DNA of 64,000 bases, taken from NCBI RefSeq assembly GCF_004010195.1, contig NC_057725.1, positions 28,153,912-28,217,911 on the forward strand, in the 5' to 3' direction. The position numbers and the translations under genes were made by a program. The notes beneath the pieces are model-generated. The model searched no databases and was not told where the DNA came from. It saw only the letters and a list, made by a program, of their open reading frames with translations. Below, piece by piece: positions 51,914 to 62,720 of this stretch; the stretch's first letter is position 1, and each line of letters starts with the position of its first letter. This stretch comes from Chiloscyllium plagiosum. Taxonomy: Eukaryota.

Positions 51914-54354
51914 ATTTCATCAAAAATTCCTGATTGGAGCCAGAGTACTATTTGCAATGAAATTTCTTCCCACTGTTATCTTGTTCACCACCAAGGGTAT
52001 ATCATTAACCCCCTTCGTATTTTACAATTATATTTACCCCTGGGTGACATCACCCAATAACATGTCAGTTTTCACATTTAGGAGCAAGTGAGGACTGCAG
52101 GTGCTGGAGATCGGAGTCAAAAAGTGCGGTGCTGGAAAAGCACAGCCAGTTTCTCATTATAAGCTGACAATCCCAATTCTACTTCACCACTGTTCTGTTA
52201 GTAATAATAGTCTAATTGATTATTCATCTCGGTGGGTGAGTTTATTTAAAATAGTCAAACGTATTACAAGTTTTAAAACCGTCGTTATAACAAACTAACT
52301 GTGTGTGTGTGTATGTATTGCAAACCAATAGACCACCTGTCAGGCAGAGTCGCAACATTGATAGGATATTGCTCATGGAGTTCTTTCAAAGATGAACTCT
52401 CTTAAAGGTAAGGTACATGTACAACACTCCCTCCTTTCCACAATGAAATCTAACTACTATATTTAGGATAGCTAGAGAGCTGGATAGTCATTATTACGTA
52501 TCGGTAATTTGCTGATATGCCTGGATCTTATGATGGTGATTCTGTCTGGAGGTGTTATTTGATTTCCACAGTCATTAGTGATGCCTGTCATTATGCTTGT
52601 ACTGTCAGACTTTTCTTCATCAGAACTCACACAACACCAGGTTACAGTCCAACAGATTTATTTGAAACTACAACCTTTCGGAGCTCCCACAGAATGCAGT
52701 TACTGTTACATTACAGACAACTTCTGGATCAGGATTTGTTCTAGATTTAACCATTGACTGATCTCATTCCTTAAGCTGTTTTTGAGTTGATCAAATCTTC
52801 TGGTATTTGCAGTTTTGTTCGAGTTGTCAACTCATTTTGAAGCTTTAACTTTAACTTTTACTTTCTAGGTTCTTCTAATTGGATCTATGTTTTATCCTTC
52901 TGTTAGTCCAGATTAGTCGATCTCATAATCTGCTCTAATAACATTCCAATCTGTTTGACTGGTTTTCACCTTTGTTTTCTTTTGAAGTCTGGATCTCTTC
53001 CACTTGTTGTATCGGTCATTGGTTTATTTTTCATGTCTTCCTTGAGTTCTTTCACTTCAGTATCATTGCTGGCATTTATTTCTGAAGGAATGACTGTTAA
53101 GTGATTTTGATGTTCCTTGTGTTTCAATGAATCCTTACCTGTAAGACCATAAGATGTAGGAACAGAAATTAGGCCATTCAGCCCATTGATTCAGTTCTGC
53201 CATTCAATCATGATTAGAAACAAAACACTGTAGATGCTGGAATCCAAAGTAGACAGGCAGGAGGCTGGAAGACCACAGCAAGCCAGGCAGCATCAGGAGA
53301 TGGAGAGGTTGACGTTTCGGGTGTCACAGTTTCAGACTCCTCTCTGATGAATCTGTGACCTCTGTCTCTCTGATTCCATGAATTGTAACTAATGGTTTGT
53401 TGATCACTTATACTCTGGTGGGATACAGAGCTGTTATTGATACTTGAAGATACTCCTTGTGTGAGACCAGTTTGTAGCTATATTGTCATTTCCTCTACAG
53501 CACTGGCTCTGTTAATGGACTTTCCTTTCATATGCATTGCAAAGTTGAATGAGAGCTGGACATTTCCTTGTTATATGCAGAGGCTATTCCTTCCACAAGT
53601 CTTTAATGAATTTGGGTGTTCTAATGATTGTCAGTCAATGAACTTGCAGCTAGGTACTGTGAAATTTGTTGACCTGCAAGGTTATTCTGTAATAGATCTC
53701 CATTAGCTCTTTGACGTGACAAATTTTGAGTTTGTCAAGTGAATCTTTCTGGGAAGCTTCCAAGAGAGTGAATGCAATTACTAACTCAATCTATTTGCTA
53801 GCTCCCCACCTGAAAAATAACAATGAACCCTTTACACCACGCCTGCCGAGTGGTCTGTAGACATCAATGCGAGTCAATGATGCAGAAGTTTAATCTGACT
53901 CTGAATTGGCCTTTAATATGGTGCATGTCTTTTGAGGATCCTTCAGCACTTTGGCTGTTAATCCTGATATGTTAAGTCTACAAAATCCTTTGTTCAAAAT
54001 TGTTAATCATATTTTAACAGCTTGCTTTTTTCCATTGGACACACCCGATTGTAGAACCATAGCTCTGAATGATATTTAAATATTTTAAATTCTATTAGGA
54101 GGTTTCTGTGTCCCAATTTAAACTAGGGAGTTTTGTGGATATCTGATGTCCTTCATTTGTCCTTTGCTTGCTATCAATCTGGCACAACCTGATCACTTGC
54201 CAATTTAGCTCACTTGAGAAAAGCTACTCGATAGGGATTTGTCTGCTTACCAGCGAGCTGTCAGAATGCTATGCTTCATTACAGAAGGAATTGAACGTAA
54301 AAGTAAGGGTATTATACTTCAGTCGTAATTTAAAAACTGTGCAGTTCTGCTGTC

Positions 54355-54663
54355 TAGTGGCTCAGTGGTTAGCACTGCTGCCTCACAGTGCCAGGGACCC
54401 AGGTTCGATTCCAGCCTCTGGCAACTGCCTGTGTGGAGTTTGCACATTGTCCCCGTGTCTGTGTGGGTTTCCTCCAGGTGCTCTGGTTTCCACCCACCGT
54501 TCAAAGATGTGCAGGTTAGGTCAGTTGGCCATATTAAATTGTCCATAGTGTTAGGTGCATTAGTCAGAGGGAAATGGGTCTGGGTGGGTTACTCTTCGGA
54601 GGGTCGGTGTGGACTGGATGGGCCGAAAGGCCTGTTTCCACACTGTAGGGAAACTAATCTAAT
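54355..54663 (+). mobile_element. HE1-like SINE
   Basis: gtggctcagtggttagcactgctgcctcacag..ggttcgattcc..gggcctgtttccacactgtagggaaactaatctaa. Confidence 0.88.
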
Positions 54664-55329
54664 TATTAAGAATGAATGAAATGCACTGGAGATGGTTTAG
54701 AGATCTAGATTAATTCTGGAATGCAAAGATTGCCTGGAGGAAAAGTTGGACAGACTGGACTGACTTAAGTAGGAGCTCCGAGTTTTGATTTGAAGTTCAT
54801 ATGGTCCTCAATAGTCTTCTCAAGATTTGATATGCAAAGGTGTTTCCTTTTGAGGGTGGGTCTAGATCTAGGAGGTAAATTAAATATTAGGGAGCACCTA
54901 ATAGGACAGAGTTGAAATTTTTTTTTGACGGCTATGCAACTTTATTAATCTGCGTCATAAGGTGGTGGAATTGTGATAATTATTGTGTTTTCAAAGTGTG
55001 TAGGTATGTAAATTTTTGCTGGATAAGGGAATTGAATGTTTCATTGGGGATAAATCTGAAATTCAAAATATCCATCTGCCACTTAACCACCCATTTAACC
55101 ATTCTCCGTTTATATTGTCTTACAGCCAAAGACACAACCTTACTGTTAACCACCTGACCAATCTTTATCATCTGGAAACTTATTAATCCAACCCCCTCAC
55201 ACAGTCATCTGTCATTTATATAAATGACTAATAATAATTACAATATTGTGTGTATATATACTATCCAAGGAGGTAAATGCTCTTTTAAAAACCAATGTAC
55301 ACACACAATAACCATCAACTCTCTTGACC

Positions 55330-56090
55330 CTTCCTCTGTTTCCAGTTTAAAAGATTGCTTGCCTAAGATCTGATACTGAACAAGCGGAAGTTTCCATCAT
55401 TTAAATACCATGAAGACCAAACCTATTGTCTTCTGGTCCCTACTCCCAGCTGTATTTTTCTCCTTGTCAACCAACTATGGCTGAACCATATAGATGGCAA
55501 ACTTTTCGCTATACTTAATGCTGAGGTAAGCTTCCAGCAATAACTTGCGAAGGCCATCTATTCCTACCTCTAGCATTGCCCGGTTCTTCTACTCAGATCA
55601 TCACTAAATCTTTCATCCATGCCTTGAGATTTAACTATTCGAATACACTCCTCTTTCATCCTCCACAAGCTTTAACCCATCCAAAAGCTGCAGCTAGATC
55701 TGAGCTCACACCAAATCTTCTTCCTCCACTAGCCTTGTGCTCACTGATCTACATTGCTCCCAGTAAAGCATCCTCCAGATTTTAAATTTTCATCCTTGTT
55801 TGGAAATCCTTCCATGGTTTCACCTGTCCCAACCTTCATTACCTCCTCAAACCTCACAACCATCTTGAGTTCTCTGCATTCCTCCAAACCTTGTCACTTG
55901 AGAATCCCTGATTTTATTCAGTCCACCATTGGTGACCATGCTTTCCACTGCCTTTTTAAGCTATGGAATTCCCTCAGTAAAACTATCCAAGTTCTCTCTC
56001 CTTTTCAGATGCTCCTTGGGCCCCTGACTTGATCTATCCAGCTTTGATAACTCCTGTGAAGGGCTTTGTGATCTTTTACTACGGCAAGCA
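55330..56090 (+). mobile_element. L2 LINE 3' fragment
   Basis: ORFs 55576-55785 (FIHALRFNYSNTLL..AAAR) and 55754-56032 (LPVKHPPDFK..) are decayed versions of the L2 ORF2 C-terminal LIHAFVTSRLDYSN / LHWLPV..FK motifs. Confidence 0.65.
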
Positions 56091-56158
56091 TGCTCCATTA
56101 GTCTGATAGACATAATGTTAAAACTTTAACTCTGCTTTGCTTTTTTTTTCATTCACAG

Positions 56159-56203
56159 ATTAATCCTTTGGGGCTAATTAAATAATAGCCGTTGTTGATC
56201 AGC
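56159..56203 (+). other. PPFIBP2: 5' UTR part of the PPFIBP2 start-codon exon, with splice acceptor
   Basis: Polypyrimidine tract tctgctttgctttttttttcattcacag ending in AG at 56157-56158, 45 nt upstream of the ATG; implies an upstream non-coding exon. Confidence 0.8.
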
Positions 56204-56267
56204 ATGGCTTCAGATGCCAGTCACATGCTTGAAGCTGCTTTAGAGCAAATGGATGATATTATAGCAG
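56204..56267 (+). CDS. PPFIBP2: First coding exon (coding part) of liprin-beta-2, N-terminus MASDASHMLEAALEQMDDIIA-G, phase-1 donor
   Basis: ATG at 56204 in a good Kozak context (agcATGG). The 64 nt translate to MASDASHMLEAALEQMDDIIA+G, matching the liprin-beta N-terminus (human PPFIBP2 MASDASHALEAALEQMDGIIAG; PPFIBP1 begins MMSDASDMLAAALEQMDGIIAG). Donor CAG|gtaagc at 56267/56268. Too short to appear in the ORF track. Confidence 0.9.
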
Positions 56268-57678
56268 GTAAGCTCCTAATTTGAGGAAAATGATGGTGTT
56301 TGTAATCTTGTAGCATCTTTTCACAACTTCAGGACAGTGTCTTTCCTCCAATTAAGTACTTTGAAATAATATAATATCAGGAACATGGTCACCAATTTGT
56401 GGGAGGAGATAATATTGACTAGGTAAATTGTATTCTCTTCGAATATTGCGATAGAATTTCTTCAGTTAACCTGAAGATAAAATGGCCTTAGTGTTTGAAT
56501 GTCACATCAAGTCTGACTACTTTTTTCCCCTTTTTAAGTCTCAAGAGTTGGCCACCTGCACCAATAAGCCTTTGTGACTCAGTCAATATTTAGGGTAGGG
56601 ATAGCCCAAATTCCGAATGCTGCTTATGAATTTGCATAGAATGTTTGGCTACGTTTAAAGGTGCTATATAAATGAAGCTCTTGTTTGATATATTCCCACA
56701 TGAGAGCAAGGGGCAAGCTGTTTAGCCTAAGAGGTATGTTTTGAAAAAGTACCTTTAAAGGGGCAACGGTGAGACAGGAATGTTTAGGGAGGAAATTCCA
56801 GAGCTTGAGGCATGGGTGGCTGAAGGCACAGCTGTCAATAATAGTACAAATGGAAATGGAGGGTCTGCAAATGATTTAAAAATCAGAGTGCAGATTTCCT
56901 GGAGGCTTGTGAAACTAATCTCCGGAGTAGGTCATCTTTGCACTGGCATATGTTTATTTCCACAGCCTATAAATACAATATGTATACCAGGTTCGATTGT
57001 GGGCCCATTGTGACCCCAGAAGTCATGGCAATATGTGTCCGCTTGTGCAGAATGACTGAAAATATTGGTATCATGGCCATTCTAATAAGTGCTGTTATTC
57101 CCTTTAACATGTATGTTTACAAACTGTGCTTCCTGAAGTGAAATGGTTTCAATATTTGCCTCATTAATGTGGTATTTTTGTAAATTTGTTTTTACATTGG
57201 GCAGTGGACACTTCCTTTTAGACGCAGGTTGGGTGATGGGAGTCCCTGAGTCTGTCTGTCTGTCTGTCTGTCTGTCAATATTTGCTGGGTTCTCCTCTGG
57301 AGAAGTTGGAAAATATTGCCTTTAACTGTGGCATCACACAGATTTGTGAGAGATAAATATTTCACTGGTCTTGGCAGAAAACACTATAATTCAAAGAAAT
57401 TAAATCACATTTTGGAAGAAAGTGCTTAAAAAGGGCTGCTTCCTTTGGCAACCATTTGGACTCCATTTAAGCATATATTGTAGTAAGTTGGGCAAAATTG
57501 GCCTCGCAATTGGGAGAATCAGTAACCAGTGGATGCAGACTTAAAATAATAAGAACTGGGTTGCAGCTGAGTGTTTAGGCAGAGAGGAGAAAGTGAGGTC
57601 TGCAGATGCTGGAGATCAAAGTTGAAACTTTATTGCTGGAACAGCACAGCAGGTCAGGCAGCATCCAGGGAACAGGAG

Positions 57679-57714
57679 ATTCGACGTTTCGGGCACAGGC
57701 CCTTCTTCAGGAAT
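57679..57714 (-). ncRNA. Minimal type I hammerhead ribozyme motif, copy 1
   Basis: Minus strand ATTC-CTGAAGA-A-GGGC-CTGT-GCCC-GAAA-CGTC-GAAT; predicted cleavage 3' of the C opposite 57683. Confidence 0.75.
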
Positions 57715-57998
57715 GAGCAGAGAGTGTTCAGCAGGAGAAGATAAAAGGTAGGGAGGAGGGACTTGGAGGAGGGGCGTTGGAAATGTGATAGGTGGAAAGA
57801 GGTTTATAGAAGGGAAGGTCGAAGGTAGGTTAGAGGAAGGAGTTGTAAATAATGGTTAGTTAATTATTCTGTTATACTTTATGAAATAAAGTTGTTAATT
57901 TTTACTTTAAATAGTTCTTGGCCACTCGATGTTTACAGATTACTGCACAGGATAAATGTTTTTTGTGTTGCTGGTTTTAAATTAACCATGTCGTAACA

Positions 57999-58212
57999 CC
58001 CGAGTTCAATCCCACTCTCGGGTGACTGCGTGGAGTTTCCGTGTTCTCCCTGTGTCTACATGGGTTTCCCCTCACAGTCTAAAGATGTGCAGGCTCGGTG
58101 GATTGGCCGTGGAAAATGCAGGGTTATAGGGATGGTGTGGGATGCTCTTCAGAGGGTCAGTGTTGACTTGATGGGTTGAATGGCCTTCTTCCACACTGTA
58201 GGAATTCTAAAC
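57999..58212 (+). mobile_element. Diverged HE1-like SINE fragment inside the cargo
   Basis: cccgagttcaatcccac..gtggagttt..tgggtttccc..cacagtctaaagatgtgcagg..ttccacactgtaggaattcta. Confidence 0.75.
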
Positions 58213-58641
58213 AATCCCTTGTGTCAATTTTTTTTTCTAACCTCACCCATTATATTTTGTGTGATTATTAACCAGTTAAATCCTGTCAGTATTCTCTTAC
58301 TGATCAATATAAATGGGCTGTCATTCTTTATAAACAGACAAACAAGGAACCGTGGAGTCACTCTGCCATTCCAGTCTGATCCCCTGTTCAATCAAATCAT
58401 GGCTGGTCTGATTTTAACCTCAAACCTACATTCCATCTTATACCTGATAATTCAAAGCACACCACAGAAACAGGCCCTTTGGCCCACATAGCCTGTGCTG
58501 ATGCATGACACCTTTGTAAACTAAAAACCTTTTGCCTCTGCGCTGTCCGTATCCCTCTATTCCTTGCCTATTCATGTATCAAAGTTGAAACTTTATTGCT
58601 GGAACAGCACAGCAGGTCAGGCAGCATCCAGGGAACAGGAG

Positions 58642-58677
58642 ATTCGACGTTTCGGGCACAGGCCCTTCTTCAGGAAT
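58642..58677 (-). ncRNA. Minimal type I hammerhead ribozyme motif, copy 2
   Basis: Identical 36-nt motif; predicted cleavage 3' of the C opposite 58646. Confidence 0.75.
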
Positions 58678-58887
58678 GGGCAGAGAGTGTTCAGCAGGAG
58701 AAGATAAAAGGTAGGGAGGAGGGACTTGGAGGAGGGGCGTTGGAAATGTGATAGGTGGAAAGAGCTCCATCCTACTCCGACCTATCACCCTCACCTTGAC
58801 CTCTTTCCACCTATCACATTTCCAACTCCCCTCCTCCAAGTCCCTCCTCCCTACCTTTTATCTTCTCCTGCTGAACACTCTCTGCTC

Positions 58888-58923
58888 ATTCCTGAAGAAG
58901 GGCCTGTGCCCGAAACGTCGAAT
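58888..58923 (+). ncRNA. Minimal type I hammerhead ribozyme motif, copy 3 (host-gene sense strand)
   Basis: Stem I ATTC/GAAT, core CTGAAGA 58892-58898, stem II GGGC/GCCC, GAAA 58912-58915, GTC with C at 58919. Confidence 0.75.
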
Positions 58924-59468
58924 CTCCTGTTCCCTGGATGCTGCCTGACCTGCTGTGCTGTTCCAGCAATAAAGTTTCAACTTTAGGCAGAGAGGAGTTC
59001 AGGTCTGGATGCATTACCTTTAACGGGCAGTTGAAGCAGATTCAATCATAACATCCGAAAGGGAATTGGGTAGCATTGTGAAGGGACTGAGTTGGACTAG
59101 CCATGTCATAGCCATGATACTGGCCAATTAATCTTCTGAATTAGAATATGCATTCTCTGATTACGTGGGCAGCTGTATTGATGAATAGAAAGGCAATAAT
59201 GTATTCTGTTATAAAATATTTCTCTTTCTTGTCTCTGTGTCACTTATGCCTCCTGTCCCCAAACTGATTTGTATTTTCCCTTTTGCAAATTTATGTCTTG
59301 AGTTTTCTCTTCTGGGATACATACCATGCATATTTTTGTGTTGTTTGGAGTTATTTGAACCCCTGTTTGCATAACCTTACAGATTAAGTACCGACATACC
59401 TGAATTTTTATTGCAGTAAAGTAGCCAGAGTTTCCAGAGGTAATGCACAATGGACATCAATGAAAAAG

Positions 59469-59800
59469 GGGTGGTACGGTGGCTCCGTGGTTAGCACTGC
59501 TGCCTCTCAGCACCAGCAACCCAGGTCCGATTCCCACCTCGGGCGACTGAGTATGTGGAGTTTACACGTTCTCCCCATGTCTGCGTGGGTTTCCTCCGGG
59601 TGCTCCAGTTTCGTCCTCCAGTCCAAAGATGTGCAGGTTAGGTGAATTGGTCATGCTAAAATTGCCCATAGTGTTAGGTGCATTAGTCAGGCGTAAACAC
59701 AGGGTAGGGGAATGGGTCTGGGTGGGTTACTCTTCGGAGAGTTGCTATGGACTTGGGCCAAAAAGCCTGTTTCCATACTGTAGGGAACTTAATCTAATCA
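59469..59800 (+). mobile_element. HE1-like SINE
   Basis: gtacggtggctccgtggttagcactgctgcctc..gtccaaagatgtgcaggttagg..aatctaatc. Confidence 0.88.
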
Positions 59801-60059
59801 AAAACCAATGATAACACCTCCATACACACTTCACAATACAGTACATTTTCTCTTTTCTCCTAATTAGTTCATTTTGGAAAAGTTGAATAACAGTATATCT
59901 GCAATACATTCAAATTCCATATAGCTGATGTGGTAGTGAGTTGCACATTTTTCACCAGAAATTTCTCCTGAGTTCCCTAATAAATATATTAGTGATACAT
60001 TTATTGCCCTAGATCTGGTTCTCACCGGGAAGTGGAAATATTTTTTGTCTATGTAGAAC

Positions 60060-60540
60060 TGAGTTCATAGAGATGTACAGCACGGAAACAGACCTTTTGG
60101 TCTGACTTGCTGACTAAATATCATAAATTAATCCAATCTAATCCCATTTGCCAGCACTTGGCCCATATCCCTCTAAATCTACCCATCTAGATGTCTTTTA
60201 AATGTTGTAATTGTACCAGCTTTCACCACTTCCCCAGGCAGCTCATTTCCATGCATGCACAATCCTCTGAATGAAAACGTTGCCCCTTGGGTCCCTTTTA
60301 AATCTTTTCCCCCCCTCACCCTAAAACTGTGCCCTCTAGTTCTGGATTCTACCACCCCAGAGAAAAGACCTTGTGTATTCCTCCATCCATGCCCTTCATG
60401 ATTTTATAATCCTCTAGAAATTCGCCTCTCGGCTTCCGACGCTCTAGGGAAAACCGACAGTCGCAGCCTGTTCAGCCTGTCCTTTATAGTTCAAATCCTC
60501 CAACCCTGACAATGTCCTTAAATCTTTTCTGGACCCTCCA
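60060..60540 (-). mobile_element. CR1 3' fragment
   Basis: catagagatgtacagcacggaaacagacc tail; same subfamily as 46995-49410. Confidence 0.8.
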
Positions 60541-60544
60541 TCCA

Positions 60545-60970
60545 GAGCTTCGTTCATGTCTACATTGTGTCAAGTCCTATTCTCCTATCACCCCCTGAGT
60601 TTGCTGACCTACATTGAATCCCAGTTGAGCAGTGTCCTGACTTTAACACTGTCATCCTTGTTTTTAAATTCCTCCGTAGCCTCACCCCACTGAACCTCTG
60701 TAACCTTCTCCAGCTCCACAATCCTTTTTTGAGCTTTCTGTACACCCTGCTTTGTTTGGGGCCGGCCCCAAACATCACCCGGTTTTAAATATCCTCCATT
60801 TGGAGGCCATGCTCTCGTTTGCTTAACCTCCTCAGAGTGCCTTTGCAGAACCTTGCCATCTGTACTTCATTTTGATCCTTTTAAGCTTCTCCTTAAAACC
60901 TGTCCATTTGATTAAGATTTTTGTTGTCTGAACTGATATCTCTTTTATGTGGATTAGTGTTATTTTTATT
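60545..60970 (+). mobile_element. L2 3' fragment
   Basis: cctatcaccccctgagtttgctgacctacattga..catccttgtttttaaattcctccgtagcctcacc (ITPxLADLHW..ILVFK-like). Confidence 0.55.
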
Positions 60971-61099
60971 TCTCATATTACACATTGGGTAAAAGGGCTT
61001 TTTATAAGTTGTCAACTCCTGTCAAATCTCCTCCATAGTTTTAAAGACATTTCTTAGGTCACTGCTGAATCTGCTGTCTTCTAGATGAAAGTCTGTCAG

Positions 61100-61800
61100 C
61101 ATAGAGTCAGAAATTTTCTGCATGGAAACAAACTCTTCAGTCCAACTTGTCCATGCTGACCAGATATCCTAAATTAATCTAGTCCCATTTGCCAACGCTT
61201 GGCCCATATCCATATAAACCCTTCCTATTCATAAACCCATCCAGATGCCTTTTTAAAATGTTGTAATTGTACCAGCCTCCATGACTTCCTCTGGCAGCTC
61301 ATTCCATACACATACCTCCCTTTGCATGAAAAAGTTACCTCTTCAGTCCCTTTTAAATCTGTCGCCTCTCACCCTAAACTCCCCCAACCCAGGAAAAAGA
61401 CCTTGATATTTATCCTATCAAAGCCCCTCATGATTTTATAAACCTCTATAAGGTCACCCCTTAGTTTCTGATACTCCAGAGAAAACAGCCCCAGCCTATT
61501 CAGCCTCTCCCTGTAGCTCAAACCCTCCAATCCTAGCAACATTCTTGTAAATCTTTTCTAAACCCTTTCAAGTTTCCCAACATCCTTCTGATAGGAAGGA
61601 GACTAGAAATGGACACAATCTTCCAAAAGTGGCCGAACAAATGTCCTGTACAGCTGCAACATGACCTCCCAACTCATTTAGTCAATGCTCTGACCAACGA
61701 AGAAAAGCATACTGAATGCCTTCTTCACTATCCTATCTACCTTCGACTCCACTTTCAAGGAACTAATGAACTTGTACTCCAAGGTCCCTTTGTTCAACAT
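61100..61800 (-). mobile_element. CR1 3' fragment
   Basis: Reverse-complement homolog of 62020-62720. Confidence 0.85.
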
Positions 61801-61959
61801 GTTCAGTCTTTTTGATGGGTGCAAACTCCGTTCTACTATCTGTTGTAAAGGTTAAGGTGGATTCTATTCATGTTTGGGTTCTAATCAATAAAGATTGCAG
61901 AAGCTTCTGGGAGAATCTAGTTGAGTGCCTATTTCTAAACAATGTACGCCACTGTAATG

Positions 61960-62720
61960 CTGCATTTTTGGAAAGCAAATCATAGCAGGACTTATACACT
62001 CGATGGTAAGGTCCTAGGGAGTGTTACTGAGCAAAGAGACCTCAGAGTGCAGGTTCATAACTCCTTGAAAGTGGAATCGTAGGTAGATAGGATAGTGAAG
62101 AAGGCATTTGGTATGCTTTATTGGTCAGAGTATTGAGTAAAGGAGTTGGGAGGTCATGTCCTGTACTGCCACAACATTGGTTAGGCCACTGTTGGAATAT
62201 TGCATGCAATTCTGGTCTCCTTCCTATCAGAAGGATGTTGTGAAACTTGAAAGGGTTCAGAAAAGATTTACAAGGATGTTGCCAGGGTTGGAGGATTTGA
62301 GCTATAGGGAGAGGCTGAACAGGCTGGGGCTGTTTTCCCTGGAGCATCGGAGGCTGAGAGGTGACCTTAAAGATTTATAAAATTGAGGGGCATGGATAGG
62401 ATAAATAGACAGTCTTTTCCCTGGGGTCGGGGAGTCCAGAACTAGAGGGCATAGGTTTAGGGTGAGAGGGGAAAGATATAAAAGCGACCTAATGGGCAAC
62501 TTTTTCACCCAGAGGGTAGTGCATGTGTGGAATAGGCTGCCAGAGGAAGTGGTGGAGGCTGGTACAATTGCAACGTTTAAAAGGCATCTGGATGGGTATA
62601 TGAATAGGAAGGGTTTGGAGGGTATGGGTCAGGTGCTGGCAAGTGGGACGAGATTGGGTTGGGATATCTGATCAGCATGGTTGAGTTGGATTGAAGGATC
62701 TGTTTCTGTGCTATACATCT
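61960..62720 (+). mobile_element. CR1 3' fragment (RT C-terminus and tail)
   Basis: ORFs 62156-62380 ([38 protein letters not shown]) and 62462-62671 (FFTQRVVHVWNRLPEEVV). Confidence 0.9.

Larger units (their letters stand above)
57590..58981. mobile_element. Composite PLE-derived insertion: three HHR-bearing repeats plus about 770 bp cargo, bounded by a TSD
   Basis: Direct repeat tttaggcagagaggag at 57574-57589 and 58982-58997; repeat copies at 57590-57803 (-), 58578-58764 (-) and 58765-58984 (+); the flanks join into one old CR1 3' end. Confidence 0.85.

Noticed and set aside
58579-58986. Two nearly identical 86-aa ORFs on opposite strands
   Set aside because: Artefact of the 184-bp inverted repeat of non-coding PLE terminal sequence; no protein motif. 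The same applies to the ORFs at 29675-29939.
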